Assembly (NCBI RefSeq): GCF_036321535.1
Contig: NC_087437.1
Location: 36,644,001 to 36,708,000 of the forward strand
Reading direction: 5' to 3'
Length of the DNA stretch: 64,000 nt
Source of the DNA: Camelus dromedarius
Taxonomy: Eukaryota
Shown: piece after piece, positions 1 through 12,557 of the stretch
Layout: every line of letters starts with the position of its first letter
Numbering within the stretch: the first letter of the stretch is position 1
Made by a program: the position numbers and the translations under genes
Notes under the pieces: model-generated
Database searches by the model: none
What the model was told of the DNA's origin: nothing
What the model saw: the letters and a program-made list of their open reading frames with translations, nothing else

Positions 1-884
1 ATATGATCTACCAATTAAAAAAAGTTGTTTGTAGATTTCTACCTAAAAGTGTTACCATGATAGTCATTCAGTTTTGGGAGCATAAATTAAGTTTAAACTC
101 TTTATCAGAATAACATGATAATTAGAGTATAATAATTATTCTATTAAGAGTAGTCTCTATGTAAAACTGTTTATAAAGGCTGCCAACGGATTCTCATGGT
201 CTCAGCAAGAGCTGAATCTGCTATTACTGTTGTAGTCTTAAAATATGTAAGACTATGAGAAAGACTAATATGTTTGGCTTTATTTAGTTGCTCAACCATC
301 ATTAATTTACACATACTCTGGTTTGCATTTTGTGAATGATCCAGGGAGCTGAGAGTGAAGGAAGGCAGAATTGAGAAGTTAACAGTTTAGTAAAAGAGCC
401 AAGACATTCAGAACTAACAAATAGCAAGACAGCTGGACATATGAATGGTCCCAGGCTCAAGAACTGTATTAGGGTAGTAAAAGAGAAATTGGACCAGGTT
501 AAGACTTTGCCCTATCAACCTATATAACTTGTGGCAGATAACTGAAAACTGAAATTATGCAAAAAAAATGCTTAGCATTCTCAGAACAAATTATCACTGT
601 GAAAAATCTGGAGTTCTTTCTTTCCCAAGTAATGTTAGGATGCTTCAAATAACCTTAGCCAAGAGCTTTAATAAATATACTTACATACATAACATGTTTT
701 CTGTGATGGATATATTCCCAAAGATTGCATTAACACAATGTTTGTATTAATGTTTTAAATTCAAAGTAATCTTCTTTGCTTCTATAGGAAAGTTAGCTGC
801 TACATAAAGACTCATTTGAGGTTTTTTTTTTTTTAAGTTACTTTGATTTTTTGTGAGAATGTATATTTTGGAGTTTTTGGTGTT

Positions 885-1270
885 TCTTATTCACTAATTT
901 AGTCAACAAAACTATGGATTATCTTTTATGTGCAGGAGTGGTAACAAGCAGAATGAAATGAAGGAATAAAATGAGATGTAATGAATGTTGATTTTATGCT
1001 AGAGGAAGGAATAACTGTATCTGATATGGGTAGGATGCTTTGAAAATTAACTCACTGAGAATTTACAGTTCATATTGAGTTTTCATAGCCTAAGAGAGAC
1101 AGAGATAGAAAAAGACAGAGATAGGGAGACAGATAGAGGAAGATTTCAAATTAAAGAAAAAGCATTGGCAAGTGAAATCAAATGTCCAAACCATGAAAGT
1201 TTATAGAAAATTCAGTAAATGCTTATTATATTTGAAGAGTGTATAGTAGAAGACACATAGGAGGTGTCTT
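885..1270 (-). mobile_element. Degraded L2 LINE 3' fragment
   Basis: Begins ATTCACTAATTTAGTCAACAAAAC, resembling the reverse complement of the L2 3' tail, followed by purine-rich sequence typical of antisense L2. Confidence 0.45.
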
Positions 1271-1279
1271 AAATAGAGT

Positions 1280-1625
1280 AATTGGGCCAAATACTTCTCT
1301 TCTTTCTCCCTTTGTCATGTATACCTGCATTTTCTCCTGTCAGAGGCAGAGGTCATTTTTCTACCATTGGTCTTTGAGTTAGGCATGTGGTACCCTTGGT
1401 TCAACTGATGGATGCTGGCAGATTTTGTGAACACAGGCTTAACATGGACTTGCACAGTTGGACTTTTCCTTTGTGCAGTTCTTACACTGCCACGATAAGA
1501 TGATGTCTCTGCTAGCCTGCTGATGCGTAGAGAATGGGAGACAGATGGAGCAGACTTGCAATATCCAATTTGGAGCCAAGCCTGTATGGGCCCACACTAA
1601 AGAAACACACCTACAATGTATAGAA
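1280..1625 (+). mobile_element. MaLR LTR fragment, MLT1H/I-like
   Basis: Motifs GGCATGTGG, CTTGCACAGTTGGAC, GAGACAGATGGAGCAGAC and TGGAGCCAAGCC match recalled old MLT1 consensus sequences. Confidence 0.65.
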
Positions 1626-4600
1626 GCAAATGAAAAATTTCCATCTAAAGATACAGAATTTTGCAGATAGGATAGCTATATATGATGACTCTTCAGTTAA
1701 GAGTATGATGTTTTCTTAATACATTTTATTGTATTCGCTCTTTTATCAGAGATAGTCACTAAAACTGGGAAGCTAAATGTGTATAAATGTGCATTCACCA
1801 TGGTTCAGAGCTGTCTTATCCCTCACCTGATAAGTACTGAAAAAAAGAGACTTGTCAGTAGATTTGCCTTCAAACTATGTGCACAAAATATATTATAAGT
1901 ATTTTATCAGTTGTGTTTTAACATTAAGCAAATGACCTATATAAAATTACATAAATACTTTTTCTTTTTCAAGGTTTGATTTGGTCTGTAAGTGGTTTTA
2001 AGTGTGTCTAGTGGAAATTAGAAAGGTCTTCCTGTTGAAATGATAATAACTTTGTTATCAGATGCTATTGGCCATAAACAGGTTTTCATTTATCATAATA
2101 AATGAACACAAATCTGCAAGACATGAAGTTTTGTATCATGAAATATTTGACCTCTTTTAAATGGAGACACTATGATTTATGGTATGATTAATATATACAT
2201 GTACACACATGTTTATCATAATAATTTCCTTCATTTATCTGAATCCTAGGATCATAAGTAAGCCAGAAAGTGATTCACAACATCATTTCTGTAGAGTTAG
2301 CCATTTGTTTAGAAACTGACACTGGGATAAATTTCTGTCTCCATCTTGAAGAGTTTGGAGTGTATCTATCTGCTGCAGGTATTAGGATACATAAAATTGA
2401 GATGTTGATTGCCAATGTTGGCACTGACATTTTCACTCAAAATCATTAAAATGTCTTCTGCTGATATTGATACATGGTAAATTGATTACATGCCTTAAAA
2501 TTATTAATTATGTATTTTTCAAGATAATTCTATCAGCTTGTACTTAAAATGTAATAAGTAATATAAAATGCATATCCAGTTATGTCTATCCATTGCAATG
2601 GCAGATGTCCAATTTGGTATTAAATTAATTACCAAATGCCTTTGCTTTTTGACAGTTGGATAGTTTAGACTTCAAAGGCAAATGGATTTTGAAGCAATGT
2701 AATAACAAACTTAGAAGTGTGAAGTGCAACAGAGCTGAAAAGTGAGAAATCACCAGTCTGTGCTGTTAATACCTTCCAGAAGAGTTAATCAATCATAGTG
2801 TGACAACACTAAAAAGTACAAATCATATGTGGTATAAGAATAATTCACTTTAAATAAAATTCTTGTTTTGATATAACATTAATAAAATGAATTTTCAAGG
2901 AGGCACATTATTTTACAAATTGATCTCCAGTTAAATTTATTATATTTCTGAATGTCATCCTAGAAGGTTATCATATTTCTGTTTAATTTTTGGTTGTATT
3001 TAGCAGTAAACATATAAAAACTCTATATTTTTTGTCATTCACTGGAAGCATTCCCAATTACACTACCACTGCTGCCAAGCTTTCATTATTTTATTGTCAT
3101 TTCAAAATTAGTAGAACATTTAAAAATCATTCATGAATTGCATTAGATGTAAATCAGACATAGAATGATGATTATAAAGTATATTAATTATTTTTCATAA
3201 ATATTAGAATAAATTCACCTAAATATTATAGTCTAATGTGTCAGAATGAGATAATTTTGAAGCTCATCCATAAGCCTAGTTAGTGAGGTTGATTATTCTT
3301 TGACCTTACCATGAAAATTAGACCAAATCTAGGAAATGACTATTTCTGCATGTGTAAATACAGCCTATTTTAACTTAAATATACTTAAACTTCTCATTTA
3401 CAAAATACCTAAATGCTTGCTCTTAGCTATAACATTTATCACAGAAACTTTTAGTTAACTGAAATAATTTGTGTACCTTCTACCAAATAATATTTATAAG
3501 AAACATATTTAAGAAAAAGAGAAAATATTTGCAAGATTTTGTTATGATTAATATATTGGTTAATATACCAATGTTTATTTAAATGTATACTTGAACATCA
3601 AAAATATCTACTCTACTAAATATAAATTATTTGTGGAAGAGCTAGTATTAATCATTTTCAAATCTATGAGGCTACAGATTTTTAAAATATTTCACTTGTG
3701 TATTTAGTATGTCATTTAAGGTTTGCATTTACATTTTCCTCTTTCAAATCTCTCTTTCCTGTAGTGCATATCTCTTTTCCTTTGTAATGATACAAAAAGC
3801 TTGTTTAGTGAAAACATCTTATGAAATAGGCAAAATACTTAGCAAATAATCTGTAATATTTATAAAAATATTAAATGACCAACCATAATGAATTTAGTTA
3901 AAAATTTAATAGTAAGTACATTTCAAATAGTTTATTTTTTGCAGGCATAAAAATATACTATAGATGTAACATATAAAATTTATGCAATTAAATAAGGAGG
4001 CAATTCTTGAAATGCTCCTGAATTATTTTTGGATGCATAAACAGAGGGGACCAATTTGGAACTTTATATTTATTAAATAATTCAAATAGTAGCCAAGTAA
4101 ATATGGGATGAATTTCATATAATTTCTTTCTATAACAGCATAGAATCTTGATTTATCATTTAATCATTATTTAAATTATAGATTTACTATAAATAAAATA
4201 TAAAGAATAAAGTTAGCTAAGGTCAGATACAATTATTTTAAAAGATTGCCCTATACTATAATTACTAGTCATATCATTAATATTTGTGAAATAGGTGCAA
4301 AAGACATGTTGGAGAAAATGAAGCTCACATAAACTCAGAACTTACTCAATTAACAAACTGTTTATTTATTAATAAAATAAGCCTCAACACAGCATACTAT
4401 TTTTATGCCATGTCATTTGAATTAAAATTTGATTTCGCATTTGCAAGATAGAATAAGTCACAATGAATGATCTATATGACATGATCAAAAGTAGTAATGA
4501 GTGCTTGTGAAACACAATGGAATTTTGTGACACAATGAAATGTAATGAAATTTTGTGACAAGTGAATAGAAGGCAAGAACTGTGATTTAAACAAGTTACT

Positions 4601-4669
4601 TTGAAATTTGTAATCCTTCTATAAAGGAAAAATGGAAAGAACAACTATAGACTTCTGGAAGACACAAAT

Positions 4670-4722
<53 letters not shown>
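4670..4722. repeat. Compound (TA)n(CA)n microsatellite
   Basis: Directly visible tandem dinucleotides. Confidence 0.95.
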
Positions 4723-4723
<1 letters not shown>

Positions 4724-4729
4724 ATATCA

Positions 4730-5170
4730 TATATTTACTATATGCTATAGCAATTCCACTCATAAGTATATAGTCAAATTCATTGAAAAGAGGCTCAAAC
4801 ACGTGTATATTGATGTTCATTGCAGCCTTATTTACAACTATCTAAAAGTGGAAACCACCTGTGTCCATCAACAGATAAATCAATTTTTAAGCATGTTATA
4901 ATATTAATAGAATACTATTTAACTATAAAAAGGAGCAAAGTTCTGATACATGCTACAATATGGATGATTTGAAAATATTTTGCTAAGTGAAGTACTCCAG
5001 ACACAAAAGGACAAATATTGTATGATGCCACTTATATGAATTGTTTTGAATAGGCAAATTAATAAAGACAGAAAGTAGAACAGAGGTTACCAGGGGCTGA
5101 GAAGAGTGAATCAGTAGTTGTTGCTTAATGGGTATAAAACAGTATTGTGAATATAATTAATGGTGACATT
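4730..5170 (+). mobile_element. L1MB-type LINE-1 3' end (ORF2 end plus 3' UTR)
   Basis: GCAATTCCACTC, GATACATGCTACAATATGGATG, CAGACACAAAAGGACAAATATTGTATGAT and GAGGTTACCAGGGGCTG are typical L1MB 3' UTR motifs. Confidence 0.85.
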
Positions 5171-5399
5171 GTTCCAGCTTTTTCATTTAAAGACATTGGC
5201 TTCTTGTGAGCTCAGGACTGTTGTCATAGAATATGCTGTTTCTTAACATTCCCTCCCTCAGCCAAGCTATACTGAAAACTAGAGTTTCAATAGGTAAGGC
5301 TTTCTTTGAAGAGTAGGAGCTTTGCTGCAAGAGAGTAGATATTTGGAGGGAGGGGAAGAGGAGCAGGAAAAACAAATAACTGTCAGATAAAACTATTAA

Positions 5400-5782
5400 A
5401 TGTAGTAGGAAAAGCATGAGAAACTTACAGCTTTGTTAAGACTGAGGTTGTGGTTGGCTTAGGATGAGCAGTGAACAAGCCAGAAATTCATCCAGTTTAT
5501 GATGGGAAAAGAGCTACAGAAAGGCCAGATCTCCCCAAAGCCTTGCTTGTCTGGGACATTGTATGCATGCTCAGGGAGGCCAGGGTGAACATGGTAGTAA
5601 GAAAAACCAAGGAAGAAATGAGAACCAACTTAACTTAGAATGTACTTTTGAACACCCACAAAGATTGATTGTCAGAGAGTAGAAGGAAGCCTTCTGAGGT
5701 GTTTGAGCAGAATCTGTGCTCAAATCATTGGCTGAACACAAAACTATACAGACAAAAGAGAAACCTATAGAAAGTCAGGCCA
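5400..5782 (+). mobile_element. Old L1 5' region fragment (L1M4/MD-like)
   Basis: Resembles old L1 5' UTR (GCATGCTCAGGGAGG, AAATCATTGGCTGAACAC) and is colinear with the ORF1-like sequence that resumes after the Tigger1. Confidence 0.45.
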
Positions 5783-5789
5783 CTATAGC

Positions 5790-7231
5790 CTTATGAAATG
5801 TATTGCTTAAATGATAAGACTTGAAAGTCAGAGTTACTCTTTGGTTCATGGGCTGCTGCATGGGTATTTTGTTAGCAGACATGAAAGCAGTATTAATCTC
5901 ATTGCACATCTCCATCAGGGCTCGTGGGTGATCAAGTGCTTTGTCAATAAGCAGTAACTTTTTTAAAACTTGAAGTATAGTCAGTTATAATGTATCAGTT
6001 TCTGGTGTACAGCATAATGTCCCAGTTATGCATATATATATACATATATTCATTTTTTTCATTAAAGCTTATTGTAAGATATTGAATATAGTTCCTTGTG
6101 TTATACAGAAGAAATTTTGTTTTTATCTATTTTTGTACATAGTGGTTAACATTTGCAAATCCTCTAACTCCCAAATTTATCCCTTTCCCCTCTCTTTCCC
6201 TGGTAACCATAGATTGTTTAGTATGTCTGTAAGTCTGTTTCTTTTGTAGATGAGTTCATTAGTTAGTGTCCTCTTTTCTTTTTTTCTTTTCTGTTTTTTT
6301 CTTTAGGTTCCACATATGAGTAATATCAAGTAGTATTTTTCTTTTTCTTTCTGGCTTAACTTTACTTAGAATGATGATGTCCAGGTCCAGTAACATTTTG
6401 AAATGAATCTTTTTTCTGAATATAAATTCTCAACAGTGGGCTTAAAATACTCAGTTAAACCATCTTGAAAACAGATGTGCTGTGATTCAGGCTTTGTTAT
6501 GCCAGTTTTAGAGCATAGGCAGAGTAGATTTTGCACAATTCTTAAGGGCCCTAAGATTTTTGAAATGGTAAATAAACAAAAGGTCACCAGTTGCATTAGT
6601 CCTTAACAGAAGTGTCAACCTGTCTTTCAAATTGTTGAAACCAGGCATTGACTTCTCTCAAGCTGTGAAAGTCCTAGATGGCATCTTCTTCTAATAGATG
6701 ACTGTTTTGTTTACACTGAAAATATTGCCACCCTCATTAATCACTTAATATAGCAGGATAATCTGGATAACTTGATTCAGCTTCAACATCAGCACTTGCT
6801 GCTTCACTATGTATTTTTATTTTTTGGAGATGGTTTCTTTTCTTAAGGCTCATGAATCAACTTCTGCGAGCTTTCAATTTTTCCTTCTCACTTCTCTCAA
6901 CCTTTACAGAAATGAAGGAATTTGTGGCCTTGATCTGGAATGTTGTGTCTGGTTTGATCTTCTATCCAGACAACTGAAACTTTCTCCATATCAGAATGAG
7001 GCTTTTTTGCTTTCTTACTATTTGTGCATTTTCTGGAGTAGCACTTTTAATTCCCTTCAAGAACTTTTTCTTTACATTTTCAACTTGGCTAACTATTTGG
7101 CACCAGAGGCCTAGCTTTCTGCCTATCTCAGCTTTTGACATGCCTTCCTCACTAAGTTTAATTATTTCTGGTTTTTGATTTAAAATGAGAGACATCTGAC
7201 TCTTTGTTTCACTTGAACACTTAGAAGCCAT
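5790..7231 (-). pseudogene. Disrupted Tigger1 (pogo-like) transposase ORF
   Basis: ATG at 7231. The CENP-B-type HTH N-terminus is intact for about 80 codons, then come frameshifts, stops and an L1 insertion. ORF 6366..6596 keeps a DDE-region remnant (TEYFKPTVE). Confidence 0.85.
5959..6387 (-). mobile_element. Young lineage-specific L1, 5'-truncated (3' UTR only), with TSD
   Basis: Poly-T followed by TTGAAGTATAGTCAGTT...TCTGGTGTACAGCATA, the same 3' UTR family as 21083-22836. TSD CAGTAAC at 5952-5958 and 6388-6394, next to a TTTT/GA endonuclease-type site. Confidence 0.92.
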
Positions 7232-7592
7232 TGTAACGTTATTAATTTGATCTAACTTCAATTTTGTTGTATCTCAGGCAGCAGAGAGGCATAAGGAGTG
7301 GGAGACAGATGGAAATGGCTGGTCTGTGGAGCAGTCAGAATGCACACAACATTGATCAATTAAGTTCATAGTTTTATATGGGTGTGGTTCATGGTGCCCC
7401 AAAGCAACCACAACAGTAACATCAAAAATCATGGACTAGAGATTATCGTAACAAATATAATAATGAGAAAGCTCAAAATAATGTGAGAATTAACAAAATA
7501 TGATACAGAGACACAAAGGGAGTAATTGGTGTTGGAAAAATGATGCCAATAAACTTGCTTGATGCAGGGTTGCCACAAACCTTCAATTTGTA

Positions 7593-7594
<2 letters not shown>

Positions 7595-7624
<30 letters not shown>

Positions 7625-7626
7625 AC
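7595..7626. repeat. (AAAAC)n expansion inside Tigger1
   Basis: Directly visible. Confidence 0.9.
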
Positions 7627-7680
7627 CAGTATCTGTAAAGTGGCAATAAAGCAAAGTGCAATTAAATGAGGTATAAGTGC

Positions 7681-10490
7681 ATCTTGAAGACAGGAAAGTG
7701 GAAATTAGTCCATGTGTTGAACAACAACAACAAAAAAACTGAAAAAAATTAAAAGTAACAAAACTTTGAAACACAATCAAGTGCACCAATGTAAGTATAG
7801 TGACAGCTCAGAAAGGAAACAAAGAAAATGTATTTTAAGAAATAATGGTAGAAAACTTGACTAATTTAATGAAAACCATCCTAACCAAAATAAACACAGA
7901 AATCCACATTTAGCCACACCAAACACCTGGAGAAACAACGAAATGTTAAAGAGAAAGAAAAGAAATCTTGAAAGTGCAAAAAAAAAAAAAATTTTTTTTT
8001 AATCACTTACAGGGAAGTAGTAATATTACCAATGGCTGATGTCTCTTTAGAAATAAGAGAAGCCAGAAGTCATTAAAATGAAGTATTCAATTAGTTAAAG
8101 AAAAAGCTATCAGCCAAGAATAGTATATATATAAAATGTATCATTCATAAATGAAGACAAAGCTAAAATATTCTTAGATAAATAAAAACTGAGACAATTC
8201 ACGGCTAGCACACCCATCTAAAACATACGGTAGAACCTCAAATATGCACGAAGAACAGAAAAGCTCCAGAAATAATAAATATGGGGGTAAATATAGAAAA
8301 TTATATTATGGGTTGAATTCTTTCCCCTCAGAGTCAGAATGCTGAAGTCTTAACTCCTAGAACCTCAGAATATGATTGCATTTGAAGATAGGGCCGTTAG
8401 AAAGACAAGTAAAGATAAAAATGAGTTCATATGGGTGAGAAGTAATCCAATGACACTTGTGTCCTGGATAAGAAGAGGAGGACACAGACATGCTCAGAGA
8501 GGACTGTGTGAGGAACAGAGAGAAGATGGCAATTTATAAACTAAAAGAGAGGGGCTTGAAAAGAAACACCCCCAACCCTGCTGACACTTTGATCTTAAGC
8601 TTCCAGCCGCCAGGACTGTGAGATAACAAATTCTGTTAGGCCATCCAGTCTGTGATATTTTGTTATGGCAGCCCTCAAAAACTAATACATACTATACAAA
8701 TATATTGTTCACTCTTATTCTATTAATTTATTTAAAAACAAATGATTGCTTAAATAATAATAACATTGCATTGTTAGGTTTATAACATATAGAAATATGA
8801 TATGTTAAAATAATATGAAGTATAGGCTTTATTAAAGCAAAATTGCTATATTTAACTGGAATCAAGTAAGCTTTCACATCAATTTGACTGGGAAAAGTTA
8901 AAGTTCTCTATTTAATCCCTAGAACAACCATTAAGAAAATAATACAGAAAATACAGTTAAAAGTCTGTAGAGAAATTGAATTGGTATAGTATAAGACATA
9001 TGTAATAAAAAGGTAATAAAAGAGGGATAGAGAAACAAAAATTACCTAAAATATATGAAATATAAGAAACATAATGGAAGATGTAAATTAAAAAATTTTA
9101 ATAATTATTTTAACTTTGAATAGACTGAGCATTCCAATTAAAGTTCATCAATTCTCAGACTAGATAAAACAATCAGGTCTTACTACATGTTTTCCACAGT
9201 GGTACACTTTAGAGTCAAAAACACAAATAACTTGAAAATAAACTATGATAAAAGGCTGCATGTAGACACTAACCATAGCAGGGCTGAAGGTGATATATTA
9301 ATGTAAAAAAATACATTAAAACAAGAAATGTTGCAACAGGCAAAAAGGTCATTTCATAATGATAATAGGTGCTATGAATCATGAAGATGTAATTGAAAAT
9401 GTACATGTACCTAACAATGAATCTACTAAATACATGAAGTAAAAATGAAACAACTGAAAGGAGAAATAAACAATTAAAAATTACAGAGGCAGGTTTCAAT
9501 ATATCTGTCTAGGGAATTGACATAAAACTAGAAAATATACAGAAGAGGTGAACCACACTATCAACCCACTTGTTCTCACTGACAGACATAGAACATTCCA
9601 ACAGATAACAGCATAACATACATTATTTTAAGTGCAAATGGAACATTCACCAAAATAGAACATACAGCAGACAATTAAAAAAATCTCGATAACTTTAAAA
9701 GGATTGAAATCACAATGTGTGTGTTATCTGCCCAATAGGAGATGAAGATTAGAAATAAACAACAGAAAGAATTCTAGCACATTCCTAAATGATTGAAAAT
9801 TGAACAACATATTTCTAAGTAGTCTATGGCTCAAGTAAAAAGAATCACAAAAAGTAATTTAAAAGATTTTTATGAAAAGAATGAACTTAACCTTTTATCT
9901 CAAGAAACTATAAAAAGAACAAATTGAACCCAAAGCAAACAAAGACAGAAATAATAAAGATTAGAATGGAATTAAATGAAAGAGAAATCAGAAAAAATAG
10001 AAAATTAATAAAATGAAAAAGTAATTGAAAGAGTAAAAAACTAGGCAAAATTTTGTCTAGGCTTATCAATAAAAAAAAGAAGTCAAGAATCTAATTGGGT
10101 ACATCACTATGGTTTAATTGCATAAATAAATTGAAAAATTTTAAGGGAACACTATGAACAATTGCTTATCAACAAAATTAATTACATAAATGTATAGAGC
10201 CAATTGCTATAGGGACACAAATTACCAGACTGGTTCAAGAAGAATAGAACATCTGAATATACCTATAAAAATGAATAAAGTTGAATTATTTAATTAAAAT
10301 CTCCCCCAAAATAGCCCAGGTCCAGAATACATTTCTTGTGAATTCTATCAAAACCATTGTCAATGCCTAATAAGCACATGAAAATGAATTCAGCATCAGC
10401 AGTCATTAGGAAAATAATTCATACTACATCCGATATAGTCGCATACCCAGTAGAATGCCTATGATTAAAAAGATGGAAAGTAACAGGCTT
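7681..10490 (+). mobile_element. Old L1 (ORF1, inter-ORF and ORF2 fragments; L1M4/MC/MD-like), multiply deleted
   Basis: A-rich sequence with L1 motifs (AGCCAAGAATAGTATAT, CAAATGGAACATTCACCAAAATAGAACAT, AGCCCAGGTCCAG...GAATTCTATCAAA). No open frame. Confidence 0.8.
8304..8689 (+). mobile_element. MLT1A-type MaLR solo LTR inserted in L1
   Basis: Starts TATTATGGGTTGAATT and ends GTTATGGCAGCCCTCAAAAACTAATACA. Internal GCTGACACTTTGATCTT...CTTCCAGCC...GACTGTGAGA is the canonical MLT1A/B pattern. Confidence 0.9.
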
Positions 10491-11904
10491 CTTGTAAGTT
10501 TATGTTTTTACTCATCTATCACTATTACTCTGTTAAGTTTTTCAAACAATAAAATATTTTTAAAGGAATGCACTTTAAATTTTAGTACAATTAATAGCAC
10601 TTTTCCCTGCTTTATTTTCTTCTGGACCGGCAGATTATAAAGTCATGCCTGTATATATTTGTAGTCTGTGCGCTTGTCTGTTTATGTGTGTGTGGATGTG
10701 TGTGTAATTTCTCAAGACTTAAGCAAAACTTAAGTCTAAGTTGACATTTTCTCAAGAAACTGCTTAATTTAAAACATATGCTTTCAGATTTATGGTTCCA
10801 ATTTTATTTATACAACTTTCTATAATCGGGCTGGATTAGGTTTCCAACTTTTCGAACATTAAGCTGCAGTTAGGAATAAGTCAGAAAAAAATCCCAACTC
10901 CCGAGTCAATAAAAAAGGTAAGAGTCATGGTCTAGATTGAGAGGACTTCGGAGAACAGTGAAGTCCAGAAGTTAGTTGTTTAGAACCATGCTCCTACTGA
11001 AGAGCATGAGGCTGAAATATTTCTGTAAATGAAAAAAAGATAGCCGAGAAGAGAAAAAAAGCTTTTATTATAAATACAACCTTTGGATTAAATGACACAA
11101 GTCTAAAATAATATTTGTCTATAGATTCTTAAATGGGCAGTGATGGTTGCCTGACCATTGCCCCAAAATCAAATGGAAAAGCATCCTGGGACACAAAGCT
11201 AAAATCAGTGTTGATATTTGCAAATGACCATTTATTTTAATTGTAAAAGTTTAATGTCTAGTCAAAAATCTATTAGTCACAATGGAATTGAATTTCAAAA
11301 CATTAAAAGGTATAATGAAAAACTTAGACTTTAATGTATTTTTCTAAATGGACCTATCTTTAATATGGATTGAATTCAAATCATACCTCTGTATTTAAAA
11401 TATTATTAAAATTATTTTTAATAATTTAGCTTCAAATGATCATTATCTAAATTATTACCATATTTATTATTTTCAAATTATTATTATCCTTCAGCATTGT
11501 GCATGTACCTGATCCTTGGCACTGTAACATACTAGAAATTGTGATACACAATTTGGTTATCTCCTTTTAAAATAATGTTATATTGAAGAAATATTTTTGT
11601 CTCTGTATGTCTCTATCTCTCTCTCTTTCACATATACATACACATTCATGCACAACACACAGTAAATTACATTATAACTTCAAATTACATAACGCTTGAG
11701 AATAATACTAAAAACACATTTTTATTAATTGCTATATAATTAAATTCAGAAAATATTTCCAGGCATTATTTTTTCTCTAGTTTGTAGAATGTTAATGGGT
11801 ATCATAGGTCTTATTTGGATACAGCTTTAGTTAAGAGAACATTTCTCTGGTGTCCTTTTAGTGAGATTACCAGCAAGTCATTTTGTGACTATGGACAAGC
11901 TGTT

Positions 11905-12557
11905 TCTAAACAGAGGAAGGCAAAAGACCCAGAATATCCAGTGCAATATTTAAGAAAAGAACAAAGTTGGAGGACTGATAGTATCAGACTTTGAGAACTG
12001 CTGTAAATCTACAATAATTAAGAAAGTGTGCAATTAGCAAAAGTATAGACAAATAGGTAATCAGAGCAGAGCAGAGTGCAGAAATTGACTCATAACAATA
12101 AGGCCAATTGATCTGTAACAAAGGAGCAAAATCAATGCAATAGACAAAGGATAGTCTTTTCAATAAATGGTTCTGGAACAACTGGACATTCACATGCAAA
12201 AAAAAAAAAAAAAAGGATCATGATAGAATACCCATCCTTCAGAAAAGTTAACTCAAAATAGATCATATCCTAAATTAAATTAACTCAGAATTTTAAAATT
12301 CCCAGAACTTAGCATAGAAGAATATCAAGGTGACCTTAGCTTTGCTGATGGCTTTTTAGATGCTACAACAGCAAAAGCACAATCCTTGAATGAAAAACTT
12401 GGAATTTTTTATTTCATTAAAATTAAAAACTTTTATCTGATATGAATAGTGTTAAGAGAATGAAAAGACAAGCCACAGACTGTAGGAAAATATTTACAAA
12501 ACATATCTAATAAGGACTATTATCCAAGTTATATGAAGACCACTCAAAACTTGACAA
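11905..12557 (+). mobile_element. L1MC-type ORF2 3' fragment
   Basis: AAAAGACCCAGAATA, GATAGTCTTTTCAATAAATGGTTCTGGAACAACTGGAC and AAAAGACAAGCCACAGACTG motifs. Confidence 0.85.

Larger units (their letters stand above)
5783..7680 (-). mobile_element. Tigger1 DNA transposon (TcMar-Tigger), 3'-truncated, interrupted by an L1 at 5959-6387
   Basis: Long match to the recalled Tigger1 consensus. The 5' terminus (AAGTGCAATTAAATGAGGTAT) is at about 7655-7680. Minus-strand ORF 6962..7261 encodes MASKCSSETKSQMSLILNQKPEIIKLSEEGMSKAEIGRKLGL, the Tigger1/TIGD1-type transposase N-terminus. Confidence 0.95.

Noticed and set aside
4510..4562. Repeat-spacer-like pattern (AATG(G/A)AATTTTGTGACA twice)
   Set aside because: Only two copies in eukaryotic DNA. 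It is a simple local duplication, not a CRISPR-like array.
6962..7261. TIGD1-like domesticated transposase gene
   Set aside because: It lies within a decayed Tigger1 copy with frameshifts, stops and an L1 insertion, so it is not an intact gene.
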